From NCBI GenBank assembly GCA_002897935.1, contig BDTA01000096.1, forward strand, positions 9,679 to 73,678: a stretch of 64,000 nt of DNA, written 5' to 3'. Every line of letters begins with the position of its first letter. Positions within the stretch are counted from its first letter, which is position 1. Under the pieces are notes generated by a model that saw only the letters and a program-made list of their open reading frames with translations, had not been told where the DNA came from and searched no databases. Of this stretch, positions 10,499 through 18,264 are shown one piece after another. Source of the stretch: a bacterium BMS3Abin08. Lineage in GTDB: Bacteria; Nitrospirota; Thermodesulfovibrionia; Thermodesulfovibrionales; JdFR-85. A program made the translations under genes and the position numbers.

Positions 10499-10693
10499 TT
10501 AGGCCCTGTTGGCGGGCCTTGCAGAGATCATGTCCCACATTTCAGGAGGGATTTCCTCGATGTATTCCGAGATCTGATATTTCACGCCGCATCCCATGCA
10601 GCGGAGGCTGATTTTTCTTCAACTGATCAGCAGGGTCAGTTTTCTTTTGCATTTTCTGCACAGGGGATAGCGTTTTTGACGATCACAGTCCAT
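10499..10693 (-). pseudogene. Small CxxC...CxxC (zinc-ribbon-like) ORF interrupted by an in-frame TGA; either a pseudogene or a recoding candidate
   Basis: The ATG at 10693-10691 overlaps the ubiD 3' end by 11 nt. Translation: MDCDRQKRYPLCRKCKRKLTLLIS-TGA(10621-10619)-RKISLRCMGCGVKYQISEYIEEIPPEMWDMISARPANRA-TAA. It is below the length cut-off of the ORF track. Confidence 0.3.
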
Positions 10694-12125
10694 ACTCGTC
10701 CCACCTCCGGTCGACAAGCCTTTTTATATCCTCCGACATGACGATATCCTCCGGCCACTCCCTGGTGAATCCCTCGGACGACCATTTTCTGGTTGCATCG
10801 ATACCTATCTTACCACCGTAGGCAGGGATCCGGGAGGCATGATCAAGGACATCAAGTGGTCCTTCAAGGATAACGACATCATGCCCGGGATCAACGTTGT
10901 TCCCTATTCTCCATACAACCTCCGAGGTGTCCTGGACATCTACCCACCTGTCCACTATTACAATCATCTTTGTAAAACTCATCTGTCCCATGCCCCAGAG
11001 TGCATACATCACCTTCCTTGCATGTCCGGGGTATCTTTTATCGATTGACAGCAGGGCAATATTGTGAAAGACACCCTCGAGCGGGAGGTTCATATCGACA
11101 ACCTCCGGGAGTTGTTTCTTCAGCAAGGGCAGGAAGATCCGTTCTGTTGCCTTTGCAATATAGCAGTCCTCCATAGGCGGTTTCCCCACTATGGTAGCGG
11201 GATAGATTGCATCTTTTCGATGGGTGATGCAGGTAATGTGAAATACGGGGAATTCATCCCTCAGGGAGTAATAACCGGTATGGTCTCCAAAGGGGCCCTC
11301 GGTACGCCTCTCGCGGGGTTCACAGTATCCTTCAAGTACGAATTCAGAATTGGCCGGGACCTCAAGATCGACCGTTTCACATCCTACAAGCTCTACCGGT
11401 GATTTTCTGAGAAAACCTGCAAGAAACATCTCGTCCATCCCCTCGGGAAGGGGTGCTGTAGATGAGTACATTACGGCCGGGTCGGATCCGATGGCCACTG
11501 CAACCTCGAGCCTCTTTCCCATCTGCTCGGCCTTTCTGTAGTGTCGTGCTCCATCCTTGTGCATATGCCAATGCATACCCGTTGTTCTTGGGTCATAGAC
11601 CTGCATACGATACATGCCGCAGTTTCTTTCACCGGTTCCGGGGTCCTTCGTAAAGACCATGGGGAGGGTTATAAACCTTCCACCGTCCATGGGCCAGGTT
11701 TTCAGGACCGGGATCCTGTCGAGGGAGGGATTGTCTTTGATTACCACCTCCTTGCAGGGACCTGTTTTAACATACTTCGGCAGGAAGTCACCCAGTCTTT
11801 TGAGTTTTGGAAGGACCTTCAGTTTCTGGATAAGGTTGGTCGGGATATCAGGCTCAAGTAACGCGATGATCTCTCTCCCTATGTCATCGAGATCATTTAC
11901 TTCGAGGGCGAGTTTCATCCTTTCATATGATCCAAAGAGGTTAACGACACAGGGGAAGGCGGTTCCCTTAGTCTTTTCAAAAAGCAGGGCAGGGCCACCC
12001 TTTTTTACTACCCTGTCATTTATCTCTGCGATCTCCAGGAGAGGATCAACCTCTGCTTTTATTCTCTTCAGAAGGCCCCTCTCTTCCAGGATCTTGATGA
12101 AACCCCTCATATCCTTATAGGACAT
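10683..12125 (-). CDS. ubiD: UbiD-family (prFMN-dependent) decarboxylase
   Basis: 480 aa. Motifs 'MRGFIKILEERGLLKRI', 'NCGMYRMQV', 'HWHMHKDGA', typical of UbiD. Convergent with ubiX. Confidence 0.9.
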   Translation of the reverse strand: MSYKDMRGFIKILEERGLLKRIKAEVDPLLEIAEINDRVVKKGGPALLFEKTKGTAFPCVVNLFGSYERMKLALEVNDLDDIGREIIALLEPDIPTNLIQKLKVLPKLKRLGDFLPKYVKTGPCKEVVIKDNPSLDRIPVLKTWPMDGGRFITLPMVFTKDPGTGERNCGMYRMQVYDPRTTGMHWHMHKDGARHYRKAEQMGKRLEVAVAIGSDPAVMYSSTAPLPEGMDEMFLAGFLRKSPVELVGCETVDLEVPANSEFVLEGYCEPRERRTEGPFGDHTGYYSLRDEFPVFHITCITHRKDAIYPATIVGKPPMEDCYIAKATERIFLPLLKKQLPEVVDMNLPLEGVFHNIALLSIDKRYPGHARKVMYALWGMGQMSFTKMIVIVDRWVDVQDTSEVVWRIGNNVDPGHDVVILEGPLDVLDHASRIPAYGGKIGIDATRKWSSEGFTREWPEDIVMSEDIKRLVDRRWDEYGL

Positions 12126-12142
12126 TTAAACCTCCCATGGGT

Positions 12143-12495
12143 TTATAAATAACACTGCGGTCTCTACCGCAGTTCAATATGTCCGTCATTCCGGCACAGT
12201 GTCATTCCGGCTTGTCCGGAATCGTTTTTGTGATGCCGAACAAGTCGAAGGATTCCCGACTCCCGAATGTGTTCGGGATTGCGGGAATGACAAATGACTG
12301 TATAAAGTCGAACAGTTGTCGTTATTCCGTCATTCCGGCTTTTCCGTCATTCCGGCTTGTCCGGAATCGTTTCTTTGAGAAGGATTCCCGACGCGCTTCA
12401 CTTGCGGGAATGACACCGAAAAAAAACATACAATTTTCAGACGCCCTGCGGTCTCTGCCGCAGGGTAGTTTACGCAGGTAGTGTTTTACGAGTAA
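12143..12495. repeat. Composite ~350 bp repeat element, copy A; chain of GTCATTCC-hairpin modules bounded by CTGCGGTCTCT(A/G)CCGCAG hairpins
   Basis: Colinear with 17671-17975. Both share the ends 'TTTATAAATAACAC..CTGCGGTCTCT.CCGCAGTT' and 'ACATACAATTTTCAGACGCCCTGCGGTCTCT..GCAGGGTAGTT'. Confidence 0.75.
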
Positions 12496-12604
12496 TTCTA
12501 ACATAAATCCTGATCAATAATGCACGATTATTTGTGATTTTCAAGGTCTCAGTTTGACAAATGGGTATATTTTAATATATCTTTTCAGGGGTAACACTGT
12601 AGCG

Positions 12605-12765
12605 TAGTTTATGCACAGACTTCAAGTAATAAACTACAGTCATTTGTTATTCCCGCAATCCCGAACACATTCGGGAGTCGGGAATCCTTCTTAAAGAACG
12701 ATTCCCCGAACGCTTTCGGGGAATGACGGAAAAACGACAACTGTTGGACTTTATACACAGACTTT
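12605..12765. repeat. MITE-like element of the 'GTGTATAAA...TTTATACAC' family (hairpin modules ATTCCCGCAATCCCGAAC..GGGAATCC and ATTCCCCGAACGCTTTCGGGGAAT)
   Basis: Near-identical interior to 15296-15432 and 35793-35924. Confidence 0.7.
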
Positions 12766-12789
12766 AAGTACATAATCGGGGAGGTCAGA

Positions 12790-13407
12790 ATGGGATTAAG
12801 AGAGGCAAAGAAGTACATTGAAACACTGAGGAAAAAACAGGATAATCCCTTCCTGTGGCCGGATTTCCTCACAGGTTTGCCTGACAGGGCTGCGGTTCTT
12901 AAAAAGCTGGACAGTGTATATCCCAGGATTGGCAAGCACAGTATTGCCTATGTGAGGATCGCAAATGTTCATCCCTTTATCCTCAAGTATGGCTCCCAAC
13001 TGCATGCCGAGGTGATTCAGTGGGCTGCGGCTATCCTCAAGACAGTCGTCTCCGGCAAAAAGGGCGGTTTCGTAGGGACAGTAGGAACGCATGACTTTGT
13101 GGTGATTGCCGCAACCGGTGAGATCAGGAAGATACTAAGGGAGTCCAATAACTTGTTTAAAAAGAAAATGCTCTCATTGTATAATTCCGATGACAGGAAG
13201 CGAGGGTATGTAATAAGCTTTAAAAGGGATAACGGAGAGAGCATGGAGATAGGATTTATGAAGCTCGTCTCCGCCCTTGTCAGTTCTATGCCCGAGATTG
13301 ATCGTCTGAACCTGATACCGGCGCTTGAGAGATTCTGCCGGGGGCTTGAAGAGACAGGTGAGGATATTAAGGAATTTGAAAAGAATGATCAAGAGGGGGA
13401 AGAGTAG
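12790..13407 (+). CDS. Degenerate GGDEF-like domain protein (no intact GG[DE]EF motif)
   Basis: 'DFLTGLPDRAAVL' matches the GGDEF-domain entry motif (D-x-LTGLxNR). The position of GGDEF reads 'GTHDF'. 205 aa, no sensory domain. Confidence 0.55.
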   Translation: MGLREAKKYIETLRKKQDNPFLWPDFLTGLPDRAAVLKKLDSVYPRIGKHSIAYVRIANVHPFILKYGSQLHAEVIQWAAAILKTVVSGKKGGFVGTVGTHDFVVIAATGEIRKILRESNNLFKKKMLSLYNSDDRKRGYVISFKRDNGESMEIGFMKLVSALVSSMPEIDRLNLIPALERFCRGLEETGEDIKEFEKNDQEGEE

Positions 13408-13434
13408 TCTCTTCCCCCCCCTTGATTAGTACCC

Positions 13435-14706
13435 TCAGAACTTCAGGGTAAGTCCGAATTCAAGACTGTCCTCACTGAGGCCTGACTCAAGTGTAGCAGG
13501 CGTCATCCCGTCAGGGGCGGTCCCGTTTTCCTTTATTGATTCCTTAAAGGCGTGCATGTACCCTGCATGGAGTGCGAACTTGTTGGAGAACTCATAGCCC
13601 ACACCCATGGTTAAGTGGTGTTGGACGATGGCAGGGAAGCCGATAATCCTGAAGGTCTCGTAGTAATAACGAGGCATCATCTTTCCCTGGACTGAAACAG
13701 TTTCAGCGCCGTTGAAGTTGTCGTGCACTTTTAACGGATTTTTTGAATAATTATAACCGATCCTGAGAGCAATTTTTTTGATGGGTTTGAACTGGGCGCC
13801 TATTGCAAAGACCCACTGGTTGCCCCAGTCAAAATCACTGTAACCATCGGCGTTCTGCCAGTTCAGCCACTTTACATCACCTTCGACGAGCAGTTTTCCG
13901 GGGATCAGATTGAGGGCGAGACCGAGCCCTGCTTCCTGGGGTTGCTCAAGCTTGAGGTCGTCATCCGTGCCGTCACTGTCAAGATCACTTACATTCTTGT
14001 AGTCTACCTTTTGGGGTGATGTGTATGTGGCTCCAAGAGTGACCATATCATTGAACTTGTAAATGGCGCCAAGCTGGACTCCGAGGGCATAGTTGAATGA
14101 AGATCCGTTTTTGATATCAAGATTTGCATAGTTGATATGAACTCCCAATCCAAGTGAGAGGTTCTCATTTGGCTGGTATGCGACTGTGGGGGCGAATTTC
14201 ATTATCTGGAGCTGGGTGAAATCAGCCGCTACAAGGGGGAATTTCCCCATCGGGCCGAAGTCGAAGAAGGCGGGATTGTCGATATCTGAATTGCGGTAAT
14301 CGACTCCAAGGCCGGAAACACCATATGCAGCAAGTCCGAACCGCCAGAGGGGAAAGGTGTTTGTTATGGGAACCGATATCCCTATGGCGGGTATGGCATA
14401 TACCTTCCCGTGGCTGTCATCACTAATGGACATCCCGCCAACTGTAACCTTTGCCTCAACATGGGGCATAAAGAGTGTTCCTGCAAAATTAAATTCAGAG
14501 CCCGGGCAGTAAGGGCTGAAGCTCATAGCAGCAGGGTTGGAGAAGACGGCACTGATCGCATCCTGTGGCGCAGCTATGCCTACACCGCCCATTGCCCTTG
14601 AAATAGGGCCGATAGCGATCAGGTTGTCTCCATTTGTTGCAAGAACCGGAGAAACCATTACAGAAACCAGCCCAAGAAAAACCAGGCACCTTAAGATACT
14701 TTTCAT
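13435..14706 (-). CDS. Outer-membrane transport protein, FadL/TodX (OMPP1) family
   Basis: GGAGG upstream of ATG 14706. Signal peptide 'MKSILRCLVFLGLVSVMVSPVLA'. Beta-barrel-like alternating pattern with a terminal '...LTLKF' aromatic residue. Confidence 0.8.
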   Translation of the reverse strand: MKSILRCLVFLGLVSVMVSPVLATNGDNLIAIGPISRAMGGVGIAAPQDAISAVFSNPAAMSFSPYCPGSEFNFAGTLFMPHVEAKVTVGGMSISDDSHGKVYAIPAIGISVPITNTFPLWRFGLAAYGVSGLGVDYRNSDIDNPAFFDFGPMGKFPLVAADFTQLQIMKFAPTVAYQPNENLSLGLGVHINYANLDIKNGSSFNYALGVQLGAIYKFNDMVTLGATYTSPQKVDYKNVSDLDSDGTDDDLKLEQPQEAGLGLALNLIPGKLLVEGDVKWLNWQNADGYSDFDWGNQWVFAIGAQFKPIKKIALRIGYNYSKNPLKVHDNFNGAETVSVQGKMMPRYYYETFRIIGFPAIVQHHLTMGVGYEFSNKFALHAGYMHAFKESIKENGTAPDGMTPATLESGLSEDSLEFGLTLKF

Positions 14707-14986
14707 AAAACCTCCTTCCGATAATGAGTGATTTTGCAATGCCTATGCAGAATAAATGCTACCACCCCCTTTTGTTTTTTTCTCACGATAATGTTTGTAT
14801 CATTATAATCATTTGACTTTAATTTGTAAATGGGAGGTGCTTTCCCGAATCTACCGTTTGAGTCGTGGGTCAAGAGGACAACCCCTTGGCGGATTGCACC
14901 GCAGGCGCCTTTAATCAACGTAAGAAGTTTTTTTGCCGGATAATTGCAGGAAGATCCTTTTTGGGTAAGCACTATGATACTATTTA

Positions 14987-15123
14987 GAGTCTGTGTATAA
15001 ACTCAACAATAGAGCCGTCATTCCCGCGGTCAGTTGGGCGGGAATCCAGTCTTTTCAATAAGTTCCGGGTATCCCGAAAGCGTTCGGAACATGACAAAAA
15101 TAAAAAACGGCAATTTAGACACT
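14987..15123. repeat. MITE-like hairpin-module element (diverged copy)
   Basis: 'GTCTGTGTATAAA' end; modules 'GTCATTCCCGCGGTCAGTTGGGCGGGAATCC' and 'TCCCGAAAGCGTTCGGAACATGAC'. Confidence 0.55.
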
Positions 15124-15295
15124 GATTCTATTTTATATGAGGAGATTCCCGGAATCCCTTTCGTTGCGTTCATGGCTTCAGTTCGAGATAAGGTGGTATA
15201 CTGTATATAAGTTTTTTTGCTTTTTCGGTGACATTACGAGGATGCTGCCTGAATGCCCCGCTCGTGAGCTGGGATGAAAAGCAGCTAAATAGTGT

Positions 15296-15432
15296 TTGTG
15301 TATAAAATACAGTCATTAGTCATTCCCGCAATCCCGAACGCATTCGGGAGTCGGGAATCCTTCTTAAAGAACGATTCCGGACAAGCCGGAATGACAGAAA
15401 AATGACAACTATTCGACTTTATACACAGACTC
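15296..15432. repeat. MITE-like element, 'GTGTATAAA...TTTATACACAGAC' family
   Basis: Terminal inverted repeats GTTTGTGTATAAAAT / ACTTTATACACAGAC. The interior is shared with 12605-12765 and 35793-35924. Confidence 0.75.
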
Positions 15433-15628
15433 TATATAATTAAAATGCTTAGCTTGCAGTTAGCGAGCGAATGTAAGTTGAATAGTTCATTGTCCTTACA
15501 TTTGCATGCTTGTATAAGCACGAAAAATTATTCATTGTCCGGAAGCCACGCCTTGGTTAGGCGGGGAGCTTCACTCTGGTGAAAAGGGGCATCTCGCCTC
15601 TGCACATTAATAACTTGGGATTGTTGGG

Positions 15629-16264
15629 ATGTCGATAAACAGGGAAAAAGAGTTGTTGAGCTACGCCGAGGGATTCCTCAAGGAACTCTCCAAACGGTGT
15701 CTCTATCATTGCGGGAAGGGGTTGTCCACTTTTCAGCTTCCGGTATTCAAGAAGTTCCTCTCTTGCAGAATAAGGAGGGAACTGCAGTTCTATAAGCTGT
15801 GTCTCAACCAGGCTGTTGTGCTTGTTGAAGCTGATGCGGATATATCCGAGGATGATATTACGGAGGTCCTCCACGAGAGTTTCAGGGTTGACGAGGGGCT
15901 TAAAAGAGATATCATTTTTTTGCCCATCAGGATTGATTATGATTATGACAAGCTTATCCCCCTGAGAAGGAAGAGGATAGAAAAACATATCATTTTGTTT
16001 AAACGTCTCCTGTCCGCCGGAAATGGAAAGGACTATGATGGCATGGTAAGAAAATCCTTTAGTAAAAAAGAGTTCATTGGTATAAACGATGATATAGTCG
16101 AACTTTACGCAGAGGAGGCCTTTATCCTTAATTTATCTTTAAAGAGCGTGATCCCTGTTAATTCGGAAGACCTGGCGCACAAGATGTATTGCTCGATGAT
16201 CGATGTGGGGTTTAAATTGAACAGGGAGAGCGCGAAGAGGATCTTTGATGATAAGATTTCCTGA
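15629..16264 (+). CDS. Hypothetical protein (overlaps lgt start)
   Basis: 211-codon open frame whose end overlaps lgt by 17 nt. No recognisable motif. A competing 143-aa antisense ORF lies at 15557-15988. Confidence 0.4.
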   Translation: MSINREKELLSYAEGFLKELSKRCLYHCGKGLSTFQLPVFKKFLSCRIRRELQFYKLCLNQAVVLVEADADISEDDITEVLHESFRVDEGLKRDIIFLPIRIDYDYDKLIPLRRKRIEKHIILFKRLLSAGNGKDYDGMVRKSFSKKEFIGINDDIVELYAEEAFILNLSLKSVIPVNSEDLAHKMYCSMIDVGFKLNRESAKRIFDDKIS

Positions 16265-17039
16265 TATCAAGCCATATATAATCAAGTTAGGGCCCCTTCA
16301 GATCAGATGGTACGGACTGATGTACCTGGTTGGTTTTATGAGTTCATACCTGCTCGTCAGGTATCAGATAAAAGAGAAGGGGTTAAAGATCGATAGAAAG
16401 GTTGTCGATGATATCTATTTCTATCTTGTCCTCGGCCTTATTCTTGGGGCGAGAATCGGTTATGTGCTTTTCTATAATCTGAAGGGGTACATTAACAATC
16501 CGCTGGAGATCTTTGCTATCTGGCATGGCGGCATGTCCTTTCACGGGGGACTGATCGGCGCCATCGTAGCAGGAGTGGTGGTGGCATTAAGGAGCGGGGT
16601 TGATTTCTGGCTCTTTGCCGACATGATAACGATCACGGCGCCCATAGGTCTGGGTCTCGGAAGAATAGGCAATTTTATAAATGCAGAGCTTTACGGACGG
16701 GTTACGAACGTCCCGTGGGCAATGGTCTTTCCCGGTTCCGACGGTCTTCCGAGGCACCCTTCCCAGCTGTATGAGGCGTTCTTTGAGGGGGTTGTGCTTT
16801 TTCTGATCCTCTGGTTTTTGAGAAACAGGATAAGGTTAAAGGGTGGACTGACTGCCCTGTTTCTTGTGCTCTATGGCTTGATACGTTTCTCCCTGGAGTT
16901 TTTCAGGCAGCCGGATCAGCAGCTTGGGTTTGTCGTGTCTTTCATGACGATGGGGCAGGTGCTGAGTTCGTTGATGGTGTTTGCAGGAGTGGCACTGTAC
17001 GCTTATCTGAAAAAGAGGGAATCATTCCATCCCTGTTGA
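16248..17039 (+). CDS. lgt: Prolipoprotein diacylglyceryl transferase
   Basis: Motifs 'GPLQIRWYGLMYLVGF', 'GGMSFHGGLIGA', 'GRIGNFINAELYGR', 'RHPSQLYEA'. Confidence 0.9.
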   Translation: MIRFPDIKPYIIKLGPLQIRWYGLMYLVGFMSSYLLVRYQIKEKGLKIDRKVVDDIYFYLVLGLILGARIGYVLFYNLKGYINNPLEIFAIWHGGMSFHGGLIGAIVAGVVVALRSGVDFWLFADMITITAPIGLGLGRIGNFINAELYGRVTNVPWAMVFPGSDGLPRHPSQLYEAFFEGVVLFLILWFLRNRIRLKGGLTALFLVLYGLIRFSLEFFRQPDQQLGFVVSFMTMGQVLSSLMVFAGVALYAYLKKRESFHPC

Positions 17040-17127
17040 GTTCAGGGCCGGTAATGACGGGAATGATATGAAACGAAAAGACAGGCTTTTCACCTGAGAC
17101 CGCCCTGGTCGGTGTAACTGTGAATGT

Positions 17128-17142
17128 TCCGGCATGGCCGGA
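17128..17142. terminator. Short hairpin between convergent lgt and the peptidase gene (TCCGGC-atg-GCCGGA)
   Basis: 6-bp perfect stem, followed by TTAT. A weak candidate for a bidirectional terminator. Confidence 0.3.
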
Positions 17143-17153
17143 TTATAACAGGT

Positions 17154-17618
17154 TTAACCGAGAATTCCGGCAAGGAGCTTACCGGCTGTCCGGACAAGGG
17201 GTATTCTTGACAGAGCCGGTGTATAAATCAGCCTTTTCCCGATGAGATAACTGAAGGGGTATTTGAGGTGAAAGTTAAATCCCCTCCCCGAAACATGGAT
17301 CACCCTTCCAAGGATGTTCTCCACAGGGATGAAGTCATCATACGATGATGAGACATCACTGCGGGTTACTATCCCGTTATTTAATCTTTTTGCGATCCGG
17401 TGAAGTATTGCCTTGCCGTCTGCCGTTTTGACAAGGACAACGTCTCCAACCCCGGCTCTCCCCTGAAGGGGTTCGATCAGAACCGTGTCACTGTCCTTTA
17501 TAAAGGGCGACATGCTGCCGCCCCTTGCCTTGAAACTGAACCGCTTTCCCTTTTTTAACAGCTCTTTCGTTATGGCAAGGAAATCCGCTTGATTGATATT
17601 GAGGTCCCTTTTGTCCAT
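17154..17618 (-). CDS. S24/S26-family serine peptidase (SipW/LexA-like fold) without a transmembrane anchor
   Basis: 'ARGGSMSPFIKDSDTVLIEP' (nucleophile Ser motif), 'GDVVLVK', 'ILHRIAKR'. 154 aa with no hydrophobic N-terminus. Confidence 0.65.
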   Translation of the reverse strand: MDKRDLNINQADFLAITKELLKKGKRFSFKARGGSMSPFIKDSDTVLIEPLQGRAGVGDVVLVKTADGKAILHRIAKRLNNGIVTRSDVSSSYDDFIPVENILGRVIHVSGRGFNFHLKYPFSYLIGKRLIYTPALSRIPLVRTAGKLLAGILG

Positions 17619-17670
17619 GTCCTCATATTAAAATGTGCCGGTGTTTTGTGTCAATTCCTGTTTGAGCTTT

Positions 17671-17975
17671 TTATAAATATAACACCCTGCGGTCTCTGCC
17701 GCAGTTCCATATGTCAGTCATTCCCCGAAAGCGTTCGGGGAATCGTTTTTTAAGAAGGATTCCCGACATGCTTCGCTTGCGAGAATGACAAATGACCGTA
17801 TAAAGTCGAACAGTTATCGTTATTCCGTCATTCCGGCACGGTGTCATTCCGGCTTGTCCGGAATCTTTTTTGTGATCTCGAACAAGTCGAAGGATTCCCG
17901 ACAAGCGGGAATGACACCGAAAATAAACATACAATTTTCAGACGCCCTGCGGTCTCTTGCGCAGGGTAGTTCACT
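17671..17975. repeat. Composite ~305 bp repeat element, copy B (paralogue of 12143-12495)
   Basis: Shares both end motifs and the internal order of modules with copy A. It lies between the peptidase gene and the precursor-peptide promoter region. Confidence 0.75.
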
Positions 17976-18109
17976 AATTGTCCGAAATTGTCCGATAAGA
18001 ATATCATGGTTGTATTGAGAATGGGATTCTTCTGTAGTATTTTCGTTTGAAAATTGTTATAATAAAAAACAGTTTTGACATAAATTGTCATTTTCGAGTG
18101 TTGTATGAA

Positions 18110-18123
18110 GATTTCATGAAATC
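18110..18123. promoter_or_regulatory. Perfect 14-bp palindrome GATTTCATGAAATC in the AT-rich region upstream of the precursor ORF
   Basis: Self-complementary by inspection. A second palindrome, TTGATATCAA, lies at 18144-18153. Confidence 0.3.
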
Positions 18124-18264
18124 ATGGATAATAATAAATATCTTTGATATCAAGATGTTAGAGTGATGAGTAATGCATTTTAATAGAGACAAGACAAGGG
18201 TATGATTTTTGCTTAATTTATTTGTGTATATGGTGATGAGATGTTTCAAAACGGAGTAAAGAAT

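Noticed and set aside
10619-10621. Genome-wide UGA reassignment as an explanation for the in-frame TGA in the small ORF.
   Set aside because: TGA terminates many strongly supported genes in this window at the expected protein ends, including glgA, ubiD, dnaB, murF and rpmA.
12179-12481. ORF-track entries lying inside repeat clusters: 12179-12481, 12322-12504, 12609-12935, 17671-17934, 17785-18018, 31713-32024, 31792-32016, 35673-35945, 39468-39738, 40597-40833.
   Set aside because: Their translations are dominated by repeat-encoded strings (VIPA..SGLSGI, FRTSRNDG, DSR..AGMT). They recur in different frames and strands, so they are not genes.
12179-12504. The repeated GTCATTCCGG... units looked at first like a CRISPR array.
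   Set aside because: The units are themselves palindromic hairpins of several different types. Spacing is irregular, 'spacers' are shared between loci, and no cas genes are present. They fit REP/MITE-type repeats.
15557-15988. 143-aa minus-strand ORF upstream of lgt.
   Set aside because: It is fully overlapped by a longer (211-codon) plus-strand frame that extends to and overlaps lgt. Neither has motifs, so I kept the plus ORF at low confidence. This rejection is itself uncertain.
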